From Burkholderiales bacterium RIFOXYD12_FULL_59_19 (GTDB lineage Bacteria > Pseudomonadota > Gammaproteobacteria > Burkholderiales > Burkholderiaceae_C), in assembly GCA_001771065.1 (NCBI GenBank), contig MESQ01000034.1, forward strand, positions 7,990 through 71,989: a DNA stretch of 64,000 nt, read 5' to 3'. Shown here piece after piece: positions 17,083 to 27,227 of the stretch. The notes under the pieces were generated by a model. That model made no database searches. It had not been told where the DNA came from and was given only the letters and a program-made list of their open reading frames with translations. Positions within the stretch are counted from its first letter, which is position 1. Each line of letters opens with the position of its first letter. Both the position numbers and the translations under genes were made by a program.

Positions 17083-17450
17083 TTCTGGTGGACACATCGG
17101 TATGGATTGATCACCTGCGTGCAAATGACGAGCGCTTGTCTCAATTGCTCATGGATGGCCAAGTGCTCGTTCATCCGTTTGTCACGGGAGAATTGGCCTT
17201 GGGTAATCTGAAAAATCGCGACGAAGTGCTCATGATGATGCAGGATTTGCCACAAGCTACTGTGGCCACCGTGGCTGAAGTGCTCGGATTGATCGAAGTG
17301 CAAAACCTGTTTGGTCTGGGCATCGGCTACATCGATGCACATCTACTGGCATCGGTACTTCTGGTGCCTGGATCACGGCTTTGGACCCGTGACAAGCGTC
17401 TGCTTTCAGCCGCAATGCAGCTGGGCATCTCCGTTAACATGACGCACTAA
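17079..17450 (+). CDS. vapC: Type II toxin, VapC PIN-domain ribonuclease
   Basis: ILVDTSVWIDHLR, GEL, ID.HLLAS and LWTRDKRL motifs. Confidence 0.9.
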   Translation: MILVDTSVWIDHLRANDERLSQLLMDGQVLVHPFVTGELALGNLKNRDEVLMMMQDLPQATVATVAEVLGLIEVQNLFGLGIGYIDAHLLASVLLVPGSRLWTRDKRLLSAAMQLGISVNMTH

Positions 17451-17477
17451 CTTTAAAGAGTGTCTTTCATTTTTGTC

Positions 17478-18311
17478 ATGCCCCAATCACCCAGCTCCCA
17501 ATACGAAAATTTGTTGCGCCATGTGGACACCCATGGTGTCTTCAAGGCCGACCGCACCGGCACCGGCACCAAGAGTGTGTTCGGTCACCAGATGCGCTTT
17601 GACCTGACCCAGGGCTTTCCGCTGGTCACCACCAAGAAGGTGTTCCTGAAGGCAATCATCGTCGAACTGCTCTGGTTTCTGCGCGGCGACGCCAACGTCA
17701 AATGGCTGCAGGACAACGGTTGCACGATTTGGGACGAGTGGGCCAACCCCGCCACCGGTGACCTGGGGCCGGTCTATGGCGTGCAATGGCGCAGTTGGCC
17801 GACACCGGGCGGCGGCCACATCGATCAGATCAGCCAGGTCATTCAGACCCTCAAAAACAACCCGGACTCGCGCCGCATGCTGGTGAGCGCCTGGAACGTG
17901 GCCGAGCTCGACCAAATGGCGCTCATGCCCTGCCATGCGTTTTTCCAGTTTTACGTGGCCCCGGCAACGGTGCCGGGCGGCAAGGGCAAACTGAGCTGCC
18001 AGTTGTACCAGCGCAGTGCCGACATCTTTCTGGGCGTGCCCTTCAACATTGCCAGTTATGCGCTGCTGACCCACATGGTGGCGCAGCAATGTGACCTTGA
18101 GGTGGGCGACTTCATCTGGACTGGCGGTGACTGCCACATCTACAGCAACCACGCCGAGCAGGTGGCACTACAGCTGAGCCGCACGCCATTTGCCTACCCC
18201 ACGCTGGAAATCAAGCGCCGACCCGACTCGATCTTTGACTATGTCTTTGAAGATTTCGCTGTCAACGGCTACCAGTGTCACCCCGCCATCAAGGCGCCGG
18301 TGGCCGTGTGA
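17478..18311 (+). CDS. thyA: Thymidylate synthase
   Basis: [42 protein letters not shown] motifs. Confidence 0.97.
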   Translation: MPQSPSSQYENLLRHVDTHGVFKADRTGTGTKSVFGHQMRFDLTQGFPLVTTKKVFLKAIIVELLWFLRGDANVKWLQDNGCTIWDEWANPATGDLGPVYGVQWRSWPTPGGGHIDQISQVIQTLKNNPDSRRMLVSAWNVAELDQMALMPCHAFFQFYVAPATVPGGKGKLSCQLYQRSADIFLGVPFNIASYALLTHMVAQQCDLEVGDFIWTGGDCHIYSNHAEQVALQLSRTPFAYPTLEIKRRPDSIFDYVFEDFAVNGYQCHPAIKAPVAV

Positions 18312-19195
18312 TCAGCCGCCGCCAGATTTGGGGACTGGTCGCGCTCACGCTGATGTGGGGCATCAACTGGCCGATGATGAAATACAGCTTGCGCGAGCTT
18401 TCGCCGCTGTACTTTCGCGCCCTCACCATGAGCTGTGGTGCGCTGTGGCTGTTTGGTTACTACCGCTGGAAAGGCGTGCGCATGTGGCCGCAAGCTGCCG
18501 AGTGGCGCAGTGTGATGGCCCTGGGGCTGCCCAATATGCTGGGCTGGCACACGCTGTCGATCCTGGGTGTCAAGGAGCTTGCCAGCGGACGCGCTGCTAT
18601 TTTGGGCTTTACCATGCCGATCTGGACCGTGCTGCTGGGCGTGTTGTTGTTCAAGGAAAAGCTCACACGGCGCCTTGTTTTTGCGATGGTGGGGGTGGCG
18701 CTGACCCTAGGCCTGCTCACCTTCAACGAACTCACCGCCTTGAGCGGCAAACCACTGGGCATTGTCTGGATGGAACTGGCCGCCCTGTGCTGGGCTGCGG
18801 GCACCTTGATGATGCGCCGGGCACACCTGACGATTCCGGTGGAGACGCTGACGGTCTGGATGCTGATTCTGGCCAGCATCTGCCTGTGGTTTTTTGCGGC
18901 GGTGCTTGAACCCTGGCCCAGTTGGCAGTTCTCTGGCCCGATGTGGGGTAGCCTGGTTTATGGCGCGCTCATCAATTATGGTTTTGCCCAGGTCATCTGG
19001 TTTGGCATGGCACGCCATTTGCCACCGTCCACCAGTGCCATGAGCGTGATGGCGGTGCCGATGGTAGGCACCCTGAGCGCCACCCTGATCGTCAACGAAA
19101 TGCCGGGCTGGCAAGACCTGGTGGCGGTGCTGTGTGTCATGGTCGCCATTGCCGCCGTGCTACTGCCACCCCGCAAACCTGCAAAATCCCTATGA
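18308..19195 (+). CDS. DMT/EamA family transporter
   Basis: WG.NWP start motif and about 10 TM segments. GTG start overlaps the thyA stop. Confidence 0.85.
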   Translation: MISRRQIWGLVALTLMWGINWPMMKYSLRELSPLYFRALTMSCGALWLFGYYRWKGVRMWPQAAEWRSVMALGLPNMLGWHTLSILGVKELASGRAAILGFTMPIWTVLLGVLLFKEKLTRRLVFAMVGVALTLGLLTFNELTALSGKPLGIVWMELAALCWAAGTLMMRRAHLTIPVETLTVWMLILASICLWFFAAVLEPWPSWQFSGPMWGSLVYGALINYGFAQVIWFGMARHLPPSTSAMSVMAVPMVGTLSATLIVNEMPGWQDLVAVLCVMVAIAAVLLPPRKPAKSL

Positions 19196-19680
19196 AACTC
19201 AATCTGATTTTCGCCCGTGCCCGCAATGGTGTCATTGGCAGCAACAACACCCTGCCCTGGCACCTGCCCGAAGACATGGCGCACTTTAAACGCAGCACGC
19301 TGGGCTGCCCGGTGATCATGGGCCGAAAGACCTGGGACTCTTTGCCAACCAAATTTCGCCCTCTGCCCGGTCGCCTCAATGTGGTGGTCACGCGCCAAGA
19401 CAATTGGCAGGCGGAGGGTGCCGTGGTGGCCAATTCACTCGAAGCCGCCTGTGCCGCCTGCCCTGCTGAGAGCACCGCCTGGGTCATCGGTGGCGCCGAG
19501 CTCTACGCCCAGGCGCTGGCGCTGGCCGACACCGCCGTGGTGACCGAGATTGACGCCGACTATGAAGGCGATGCCTTTGCCCCGCGCTTTGGGCCCGAGT
19601 GGCGGGAAGTGGCCCGCGAGTCCCACGTCAGCTACACGGGACTGGGCTACAGTTTTGTGACCTACCAAAAGGAGCTTTGA
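19192..19680 (+). CDS. folA: Dihydrofolate reductase
   Basis: NGVIG..N.LPWHLPED, IMGRKTWDS, RPLPGR and VIGGAELY motifs. Confidence 0.95.
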   Translation: MKLNLIFARARNGVIGSNNTLPWHLPEDMAHFKRSTLGCPVIMGRKTWDSLPTKFRPLPGRLNVVVTRQDNWQAEGAVVANSLEAACAACPAESTAWVIGGAELYAQALALADTAVVTEIDADYEGDAFAPRFGPEWREVARESHVSYTGLGYSFVTYQKEL

Positions 19681-19684
19681 CGCC

Positions 19685-20500
19685 ATGAAACTTGCCACCT
19701 GGAACATCAATTCGCTCACTGTGCGGCTGCCGCAGGTGCTGGACTGGCTTGGCGCCAACCCGGTCGACGTGCTGGCGCTGCAAGAGCTCAAAATGAGCGA
19801 TGACAAATTCCCCCATGCCGCCTTTGCGGCGGCGGGTTACCACTCAAGCTGTTTTGGCCAGAAGACCTACAACGGTGTGGCACTGATCAGCCGGGCACCG
19901 GCCACCGACGTGGTGCGCAACATTCCGGGTTTTTCTGACGATATGGCGCGTGTGATCAGTGCCTCTTTCGCTTCTGGCGCTGACACCTCTGCAGCACCAG
20001 ACGGCACACCGGGAACTGGCATCCGCGTGGTGGGCGGCTATTTTCCCAATGGCCAGGAACCCGGCAGCGACAAGTTCGAGTACAAGCTGGCCTGGCTCAA
20101 GGGCCTGCGCAACTGGTTGCGCGCCGAGCTGACTGTTCGCCCGAAGCTGGTGCTGATGGGCGACTTCAACATCACCTTTGACGATGCCGATGTCTGGGAC
20201 CCAGAGGGTATGCGCGACCAGATCCATTGCACCGACGAAGAACGTTATGAACTCAATGCCTTGATCGCACTCGACCTGATTGATGCGCACCGGCTGTTTC
20301 CCCAGCCAGCCAAGAGCTATTCCTGGTGGGATTACCGGGATTTTGGTTTCAGGCGCAACCACGGCATGCGTATTGACCATATTCTGGTGAGTGGTGCGCT
20401 CAAGCCCCAGGTGTCGGCCTGCTGGATCGACAAGACCCCTCGAAAAAACGAACGCCCCAGTGACCACGCCCCGGTGGTGGTCGAACTTAAGGGCTCGTAA
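19685..20500 (+). CDS. xth: Exodeoxyribonuclease III
   Basis: WNINS, LQELK, YNGVA, GDFNI, YSWWDYR, RIDHIL and SDHAPV motifs. Confidence 0.95.
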   Translation: MKLATWNINSLTVRLPQVLDWLGANPVDVLALQELKMSDDKFPHAAFAAAGYHSSCFGQKTYNGVALISRAPATDVVRNIPGFSDDMARVISASFASGADTSAAPDGTPGTGIRVVGGYFPNGQEPGSDKFEYKLAWLKGLRNWLRAELTVRPKLVLMGDFNITFDDADVWDPEGMRDQIHCTDEERYELNALIALDLIDAHRLFPQPAKSYSWWDYRDFGFRRNHGMRIDHILVSGALKPQVSACWIDKTPRKNERPSDHAPVVVELKGS

Positions 20501-20521
20501 AGCAATAACTGAGACAAGACC

Positions 20522-22018
20522 CTACTCCAGGCCAAGTTCCTGAATTTTTCGGGTGATGGTGTTGCGGCCAATGCCCAGCTTTTGGGCCGCATCGATGCGC
20601 CGACCGCGGGTGGCGGCCAACGCCGCCTGGATCAGGCGCGACTCAAAGCGAGCCGTCAAGGTGTCCCAGACGTCGGTGCGATCGGTGGCAAGCAGCGCTG
20701 TGGCATCGGCCTCCAGACCTTGCTCCCAGCTCCCCTCAAGCACAGCGGGCAGTGCAGGCGTATCAGGCACTTTTTGCGGCGCTGCCACATCGGCTTGCCC
20801 CTGCACCCAAACCGGTGGCTCTGCAACGGATGTGGCCAAAACCGGTGGTGCAGACGGTGCCTCTAACACGGCCACTTCAGGCGGCAAGTCCTTGGGTTCA
20901 ATCACTTGTGCCGGTGCCATGACGGTGAGCCAGTGGCACATGTTTTCAAGCTGACGTACATTGCCCGGAAACGCAAACTGCCCGATCCAGCCCAGCGCGG
21001 CATCAGAAATACGTTTGGGCTCAACCCCCAACTGGCGCGCGCTTTGCTGCAAGAAATGGCGCGTCAGCATGGGGATGTCTTCACGTCGCTCGCGCAGGGC
21101 CGGCAGGCGCAGGCGGATCACATTCAGGCGGTGAAACAGGTCTTCGCGAAACACCCCCTCTTTGACCCGTTGCTCCAGATTTTGGTGCGTCGCCGCAATC
21201 ACGCGGACATTGGTTTTGACCGCGCTGTGGCCACCCACGCGGTAAAAATGGCCGTCTGACAGCACCCGCAATAAACGGGTTTGCAGATCAAACGGCATGT
21301 CACCGATTTCGTCCAGAAACAGTGTGCCACCATCGGCCTGCTCGAAACGACCACGGCGCATGGTCTGGGCACCGGTAAAAGCACCACGTTCATGGCCAAA
21401 GAGCTCGGACTCGAGCAGGTCTTTGGGAATGGCCGCGGTGTTGATGGCGACAAACGGGCCATTGGCGCGTGGGGAATGTTTGTGCAGCGCGCGCGCCACC
21501 AGTTCTTTGCCCGAGCCCGACTCGCCAGTGATCATGACGGTGACGTTGCTTTGGCTCAGGCGGCCAATGGCACGAAAAACGTCTTGCATGGCAGGGGCCT
21601 GGCCCAACATTTCGGGCGCCTCGGCCATGGTTTCATCCCCGACTTCTTCGCGCTGGCTTTCTTCCACGGCGCGGCGAATCAGCTCGACCGCTTTGGACAG
21701 GTCAAAGGGTTTGGGCAGGTACTCAAAGGCGCCTCCCTGAAAGGCGGACACGGCGCTATCGAGGTCAGAGTAGGCCGTCATGATGATGACCGGCAAGCCC
21801 GGGTATCTGGCCTTGACCTTGTCCAGCAAATCCAGGCCCGAGCCACCCGGCATACGGATGTCGCTAACCAGCACCTGCGGTGCCTTGTCTTCGTCGAGTG
21901 CAGCAATCACATCGCGCGCATTGGTAAAACTGCGGCTGGGCAATTGTTCGCGCAACAGCGCTTTCTCCAGTACGAAGCGAATGGACTGGTCATCATCTAC
22001 GATCCAAATTGGCTTCAT
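20522..22018 (-). CDS. ntrC: Nitrogen regulation response regulator NtrC
   Basis: Receiver domain (VDDD, SDIRMPG), AAA+ domain (GESGSGKE, GAFTGA, LDEIGD) and Fis HTH (LGIGRNTITRK). Confidence 0.95.
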   Translation of the reverse strand: MKPIWIVDDDQSIRFVLEKALLREQLPSRSFTNARDVIAALDEDKAPQVLVSDIRMPGGSGLDLLDKVKARYPGLPVIIMTAYSDLDSAVSAFQGGAFEYLPKPFDLSKAVELIRRAVEESQREEVGDETMAEAPEMLGQAPAMQDVFRAIGRLSQSNVTVMITGESGSGKELVARALHKHSPRANGPFVAINTAAIPKDLLESELFGHERGAFTGAQTMRRGRFEQADGGTLFLDEIGDMPFDLQTRLLRVLSDGHFYRVGGHSAVKTNVRVIAATHQNLEQRVKEGVFREDLFHRLNVIRLRLPALRERREDIPMLTRHFLQQSARQLGVEPKRISDAALGWIGQFAFPGNVRQLENMCHWLTVMAPAQVIEPKDLPPEVAVLEAPSAPPVLATSVAEPPVWVQGQADVAAPQKVPDTPALPAVLEGSWEQGLEADATALLATDRTDVWDTLTARFESRLIQAALAATRGRRIDAAQKLGIGRNTITRKIQELGLE

Positions 22019-22099
22019 ATGCTTGTCTTGCCTTATAGGTTGGACCCTCGCCACGATCGCTTGCAGTCACCTTGCGATGCGCTGCAGCCCTCCTTACGA

Positions 22100-23200
22100 T
22101 CAGGGCAGAGGAATCAGAATTTTGAAATCCGTAGCGCCCGGCACACTGTCACACTCGATCAGACCGTGGTGCTGCTGGACAAAGGTTTGCGCCAATGTCA
22201 GGCCCAGCCCGGAGCCGCCCTCCCGACCCGACACCAGCGGGTAAAAAATTCGGCCTTTGATCGAGTCTGGCACGCCAGGCCCGTTGTCAATCACATGCAA
22301 TTCCAATGCCAACCGATAGCGTTGTTTGCCGAAAGTGCTTTGTCGCGCCACCCGGGTGCGAAAAATGATTTGCGCATCACCCTGGCTGATGCGATCAACC
22401 AGCGCTTGCGCCGCGTTGTGGGCGACGTTGATGAGGGCCTGAATGAGTTGCTCGCGGTCACCACGGAACTCTGGGATCGAGGTGTCGTAGTCCTGCACCA
22501 CCTTGAGCCCCTTGGGAAACTCCGCCAGAATCAGCGAGCGCACCCGCTCGCAGACTTCGTGAATGTTGACATCCCCCACCACATGGGGCCGACGGTGGGG
22601 CGCCAGCAAACGGTCCACCAGCGACTGCAGGCGGTCTGCTTCGTGGATGATGACCTGGGTGTATTCAGAGAGTTCGGGCTGGGGCATTTCCAGCTCCAAC
22701 AGCTGCGCTGCGCCTCGAATACCGCCCAACGGGTTCTTGATTTCGTGGGCCAGGTTGCGAATCAGTTCCTTATTGGCCTGTGCCTGCTCGGCCAGGCGCT
22801 CTTCACGGTCCTGGCGCGCTTGCTGCTCAAGCGGCAGCAGCTCAACGATGATGTCTGCGCTTTCGGTTTGGGTCACGATCACATGCACCGGCAACAGTTC
22901 TCGCCCCAGACGCAGCAGCTTGGCATCGTAGCGCAGCGCGGCAAACTCGTTGCTGCCAGCACCTTGCAGCGCGGTTTGCAAATGGGCGGGCTCGGTAAAG
23001 GAATCAGGCAGATGGGAGCCCACAATGGTGCGCCGTGAAATGCCCAACGCATCTTCCAGGGCAGCATTGGCAAACGTGACCGTGCCGTCACTTTGCACCA
23101 CGGCCACCAGGGTAGCCAATAAATCAAAGGCCAGAAAACGCTGATTCGTTGGGCTGGCCACTGCCGGCCGGAATTTGGAGAAAGGCAGCTTCAAGTTCAT
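22100..23200 (-). CDS. ntrB: Nitrogen regulation sensor kinase NtrB
   Basis: PAS domain plus LAHEIKNPLGGIRG, DNGPG and GSGLGL motifs. Start uncertain. Confidence 0.93.
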   Translation of the reverse strand: MNLKLPFSKFRPAVASPTNQRFLAFDLLATLVAVVQSDGTVTFANAALEDALGISRRTIVGSHLPDSFTEPAHLQTALQGAGSNEFAALRYDAKLLRLGRELLPVHVIVTQTESADIIVELLPLEQQARQDREERLAEQAQANKELIRNLAHEIKNPLGGIRGAAQLLELEMPQPELSEYTQVIIHEADRLQSLVDRLLAPHRRPHVVGDVNIHEVCERVRSLILAEFPKGLKVVQDYDTSIPEFRGDREQLIQALINVAHNAAQALVDRISQGDAQIIFRTRVARQSTFGKQRYRLALELHVIDNGPGVPDSIKGRIFYPLVSGREGGSGLGLTLAQTFVQQHHGLIECDSVPGATDFKILIPLP

Positions 23201-23213
23201 TACCGCAGATGGT

Positions 23214-23711
23214 CTAACGACTTGCCGTATTGGCCGGCAATCGCTCAAGCTCGCGGCGAATACCTGCCATGTCACTGTCGTTGCGCGCCAGGCTGGCCTT
23301 GAGTTCGGCCACACGGTCCAGGTAACGCTGGTGGTTGCGCACCTCGTCGCCACGCTTTTCTGGCGTTCCGTTGTTGTACTCTTTCAACAATTCTGTTTGA
23401 CGCACTTCGGCTTTTTTCAGCTCTGACTGCAAAATCAAACGCGCATCGGAGTCACGCGATTTTTGCTCGGCGGCATCAACACGCGGACCCGAACTGGCGA
23501 CGCTGGCAACATTGGTTTTAGCGGGCACTTGGGCCGCACGGGTGCCCTGCACCACAGTGACGTTACCGCCTTCCACCAAAGTGCAATTTTTAGCCTGTGC
23601 TTGTGTCACCGTGTTGGTATAGGCATTTCCGCAACGGTAAATGCGATCCTGCGCCTGTACGCTGGTGCAGAGCACCAGCAACAACCCGGTCCAGGTGATG
23701 TGAGTCATCAA
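23214..23711 (-). CDS. Exported hypothetical protein (DUF4124-like) between glnA and ntrB
   Basis: Signal peptide, IYRCG..YTN motif and C-terminal coiled coil. Confidence 0.7.
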   Translation of the reverse strand: MMTHITWTGLLLVLCTSVQAQDRIYRCGNAYTNTVTQAQAKNCTLVEGGNVTVVQGTRAAQVPAKTNVASVASSGPRVDAAEQKSRDSDARLILQSELKKAEVRQTELLKEYNNGTPEKRGDEVRNHQRYLDRVAELKASLARNDSDMAGIRRELERLPANTASR

Positions 23712-23795
23712 AGTAATAGCCCTCTTTTAACAGCAACGGCACAGCATGGCCAAGACATCCCTACCCACAGTAGGTGGTACTGAGTTTCCCATAAT

Positions 23796-23827
23796 AAAAA
23801 AGGACGGCCAGAGCCGTCCCGTTTTTT
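23796..23827 (-). terminator. Terminator downstream of glnA
   Basis: GGACGGC-CAGA-GCCGTCC stem flanked by A and T runs. Confidence 0.7.
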
Positions 23828-23864
23828 ATCCCCAGGGTTGTGAAGTGCAACCCGTTCGCTGAAA

Positions 23865-25280
23865 TTACAGCGAGTAGTACATGTCAAATTCAATCGGGTG
23901 AGTCGCCATGCGCAAACGCGTGACCTCGCCCATCTTGAGTTCAATGTAGGCGTCCAGCAAGCCGTCGGTGAAGACCCCGCCCTTGGTCAGGAAGGCACGG
24001 TCTGCGTCCAGGCATTCCAGCGCCTGGTCCAGGCTGTGGCAGACGGTAGGAATCAATGCGTTTTCTTCGGGTGGCAGATGGTACAGGTCCTTGGTGGCGG
24101 CTTCGCCCGGATGGATCTTGTTTTCCACGCCGTCCAAACCGGCCATCATCAGTGCCGAGAAACCCAGGTACGGGTTCATCAGCGGATCAGGAAAACGTGC
24201 CTCGATACGGCGACCTTTGGGGTTGGCCACATAAGGAATACGGATCGAAGCCGAGCGGTTCTTGGCCGAGTAAGCCAGCTTGACCGGCGCCTCAAAACCG
24301 GGCACCAGGCGCTTGTAGCTGTTGGTGCCAGGGTTGGTGATGGCGTTCAGGGCACGGGCGTGCTTGATGATGCCGCCAATGTAGTACAGGGCAAAATCTG
24401 ACAGACCCGCATAGCCGTCACCGGCAAACAGGTTTTTGCCGTCTTTCCAGATCGACTGGTGCACGTGACAGCCGCTGCCATTGTCGCCAACGACGGGCTT
24501 GGGCATAAAAGTAGCAGTTTTGCCATAGGCATTGGCGACGTTTTGAACCACATACTTCAACATCTGGGTCCAGTCGGCGCGCTGGACCAAGGTGCTGAAC
24601 TTGGTGCCCAACTCGCATTGACCCGGAGACGCCACCTCATGGTGGAACACCTCGACCGGGACACCCAGGGACTCCAGAATCAGCGACATTTCGGCGCGCA
24701 TGTCTTGCGTGCTGTCAACCGGAGGCACGGGGAAGTAGCCGCCTTTGGTGGTGGGACGGTGACCACGGTTGCCGCCTTCCATTTTCTTGCCCGAGTTCCA
24801 GGGAGCTTCGTAGTCGTCAACCTTGAAGAAACAACCCGACATGTCGGTATTCCAGCGCACGTCGTCAAACAGGAAGAACTCTGGCTCAGGACCAAAGTAC
24901 GCGGTATCGCCCATGCCGGAGGCCTTGAGGTAGGCTTCGGCACGGTGAGCCACGGAACGTGGATCGCGCTCATAACCTTTGCCATCAGTGGGTTCAATCA
25001 CATCGCAGCTCATAAAGAGCGTGGTTTCTTCAAAGAAAGGGTCGATGTTGGCGGTGTTGGGGTCGGGCATGAGCTGCATGTCCGAGGCCTCAATTCCTTT
25101 CCAGCCCGCCACGGAAGAACCATCAAACGCATGACCAGAACTGAACTTGTCTTCATCAAAGTGGGACACAGGCACGGTGACGTGCTGCTCTTTGCCACGG
25201 GTATCGGTGAAACGGAAGTCAACAAATTTGACTTCGTTGTCTTTCACCATATTCATCACGTCTGCGACGGTCTTGGCCAT
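23865..25280 (-). CDS. glnA: Glutamine synthetase type I
   Basis: [33 protein letters not shown] and NRSASIRIP motifs. Confidence 0.97.
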   Translation of the reverse strand: MAKTVADVMNMVKDNEVKFVDFRFTDTRGKEQHVTVPVSHFDEDKFSSGHAFDGSSVAGWKGIEASDMQLMPDPNTANIDPFFEETTLFMSCDVIEPTDGKGYERDPRSVAHRAEAYLKASGMGDTAYFGPEPEFFLFDDVRWNTDMSGCFFKVDDYEAPWNSGKKMEGGNRGHRPTTKGGYFPVPPVDSTQDMRAEMSLILESLGVPVEVFHHEVASPGQCELGTKFSTLVQRADWTQMLKYVVQNVANAYGKTATFMPKPVVGDNGSGCHVHQSIWKDGKNLFAGDGYAGLSDFALYYIGGIIKHARALNAITNPGTNSYKRLVPGFEAPVKLAYSAKNRSASIRIPYVANPKGRRIEARFPDPLMNPYLGFSALMMAGLDGVENKIHPGEAATKDLYHLPPEENALIPTVCHSLDQALECLDADRAFLTKGGVFTDGLLDAYIELKMGEVTRLRMATHPIEFDMYYSL

Positions 25281-25326
25281 GAGTTACTCCAAAGGAACAG
25301 TTGTAAAAAGGATTTGGGATTGGGAA

Positions 25327-25342
25327 TGCAGGTTTTGTGCCA
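25327..25342 (-). promoter_or_regulatory. Sigma54 promoter of glnA
   Basis: Minus strand TGGCACAAAACCTGCA fits GG-N10-GC. Confidence 0.85.
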
Positions 25343-25470
25343 GACCCAGCAAGTTTTGAATGGATCCGTCATGGGACGTATTTTGCCTTGTGTTTCAACT
25401 CTTTCAAGCACGCTTGCTGGCAGAGCATGTGAATTAAGACGATTCAGGGCGAGGCATATCCACATCAAGA

Positions 25471-25536
25471 GCACCAAAAATGCGCATAAAGGAGGAAAAA
25501 GTCGATTGAATCCTCATGAACGCACCATTTCAGGGC
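25471..25536. promoter_or_regulatory. Two putative NtrC enhancer boxes upstream of glnA
   Basis: GCAC-N7-GCGC at 25471 and GCAC-N7-GGGC at about 25522 resemble the NtrC consensus GCAC-N7-GTGC, 130-190 bp upstream of the sigma54 promoter. Confidence 0.55.
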
Positions 25537-26362
25537 CCAATTTGACCTGAAATGGTGTCAATCCATCACACAGTGCGGCAAACGCAGCGGTCACGGCGTC
25601 AGGTGCCCCCTTGACGCCCAATTCAATGTGGCGCCCATATTCCGGGTGGTCCACACTGGGCAGGCTGAACACCTTGACACCCACAAAATCACGTTCAATG
25701 GCTTCCATCAGCGGCGTCAGGGTGGCCTCCATTGCACCAAAAACAATCACAGAGTGCTCCAGCCAGCGATCTTTGGCAAAAAACGCCGGGTAATGGGTAT
25801 CAAGCACCCACTCGATCATCGGCCAGGCCATGACCGGAAACCCCGGCACAAAGTGAACCGAGCCGCAACTGAAACCCGGGATCTTGTTGTACGGATTGGG
25901 AATGATTTCAGCACCCTGCGGGAATACACCCATATTGAGTCGGTGCAGATTGTCAGCTTGGCCGGAGTCGTAGGTCTTGCCCTGCTCCAGCGCCACGTCC
26001 TGCATGCGTTGTTCGATCAAGGCCTTGGCCTGTGGGTGCAACGCCAAATCCAAGCCCAATGCGCGCGCTGCGCACTGGCGTGTATGGTCGTCGGGCGTGG
26101 CCCCAATACCCCCGGTGGAAAACACGACATCCCCTGAGGCAAAAGCCCGCCGCAAGGCGGCGGTGATGCGTTCGGGTTCATCACCCACATACTCCACATA
26201 GGCCAAGGTCAGGCCGCGCGCCTTGAGCAACTCGATCACCTTGGGCAAATGCTTGTCGCTGCGTTTGCCCGACAAAATCTCGTCGCCAATGATGATCATG
26301 CCAAAGTGGCGGGCATTGTCAGGATTGACCGGGAGCTGATGGTTCGGTTGGGTGAGTTGCAT
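25514..26362 (-). CDS. CinA-like molybdopterin-binding domain protein
   Basis: IIIGDEILSG, GGIG.TPDD.T and PGFP motifs. Start uncertain. Confidence 0.85.
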   Translation of the reverse strand: MQLTQPNHQLPVNPDNARHFGMIIIGDEILSGKRSDKHLPKVIELLKARGLTLAYVEYVGDEPERITAALRRAFASGDVVFSTGGIGATPDDHTRQCAARALGLDLALHPQAKALIEQRMQDVALEQGKTYDSGQADNLHRLNMGVFPQGAEIIPNPYNKIPGFSCGSVHFVPGFPVMAWPMIEWVLDTHYPAFFAKDRWLEHSVIVFGAMEATLTPLMEAIERDFVGVKVFSLPSVDHPEYGRHIELGVKGAPDAVTAAFAALCDGLTPFQVKLGPEMVRS

Positions 26363-27227
26363 GGTTCAGTGGCAGGGTCAAGGAATCAGAAAGTACGGCG
26401 TCGGGCGGGGTCGGTGCGGCTGCGGATTTGGCCCGCTCGTCACGCAAGGCTTGCAGGGCGGCCAGGCAAAAGTGTGCAAACCAGAGCGATGCCAGAGCAA
26501 AGACCATGGTATAGAGCCAGATCGCGAGGGGCACCAGCACCACAAAGGCCGCCACCAAAAACACCCCCGAGGCCCAAATCAGGCTGGGGGCAGCACCCAG
26601 GTAGCCGCAAAACAGACCAATGCCAAGCAAGCTGAGTCGGTGGCGGCGAAAAATTTCACGTCGCTCCTCGCTGCTGGCGTGCTCAGCCAGAGCATCAAAC
26701 GCCATCACCCGGTAGGTGAGCCAGCCCCAGATCAGCGGTGGCAAAATAAAAATCAGGGGCGGAATAAGCCACAGCGGCACCGACACGATCAGCGCCACCA
26801 GCGCCAACAGGGTGGACACCAGCGACCACCACAGACTGGCAAGCAACGAGCCCCCGCGTTTTCGCTCCAGCGAAGGAAAACGATTTCGAGCCACCAGCGA
26901 GGTCAGCGCTGGCGTCATCAGGAGTGCCACCACCAGCAGCGAAGCCACCACAATGACCGGTGTCACCACAAAAATCACGATCAGGGGCGCCAATACGACC
27001 TTCAGGTTGCCCATACCAAAACCCTGCAACCAGGCGGCAACACTGGCCAGGAGAGATGAAGATTCCAACCACAGGCGCACGGCGACCAGCACACCATCCC
27101 AGTAGATATAGCCCAGACCCAAGCCAAAGCCAGTCATCAGCACCAGTGGCAAAAACGACAGCGCCATGACCCTCGGTTTCAAGCCATAGGCCACCGCACG
27201 CCAGAAGGAATCAAACAACAAGCTCAT
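26319..27227 (-). CDS. EI24/CysZ-like membrane protein
   Basis: Multiple TM helices and GWL.YRVMAFDAL..HAS..ER motif. Confidence 0.75.
   Translation of the reverse strand: MSLLFDSFWRAVAYGLKPRVMALSFLPLVLMTGFGLGLGYIYWDGVLVAVRLWLESSSLLASVAAWLQGFGMGNLKVVLAPLIVIFVVTPVIVVASLLVVALLMTPALTSLVARNRFPSLERKRGGSLLASLWWSLVSTLLALVALIVSVPLWLIPPLIFILPPLIWGWLTYRVMAFDALAEHASSEERREIFRRHRLSLLGIGLFCGYLGAAPSLIWASGVFLVAAFVVLVPLAIWLYTMVFALASLWFAHFCLAALQALRDERAKSAAAPTPPDAVLSDSLTLPLNHATHPTEPSAPGQS

Larger units (their letters stand above)
6508..17450. mobile_element. Decayed composite genomic island downstream of tRNA-Ser
   Basis: Starts right after the tRNA 3' end. Contains MGE-type gene fragments, a serine recombinase pseudogene, an AT-richer cargo block and vapBC. 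Core synteny resumes at thyA. No attR copy was found, so the right boundary is approximate. Confidence 0.8.

Noticed and set aside
6508-17480. attR duplicate of the tRNA-Ser 3' end
   Set aside because: No copy of TTCGAATCCCACTCTCTCCGCCA or a clear sub-fragment was found by eye downstream.
21281-23038. 585-aa + strand ORF
   Set aside because: Antisense shadow of ntrC/ntrB. Long open antisense frames are expected in high-GC3 genes, and it has no motifs.
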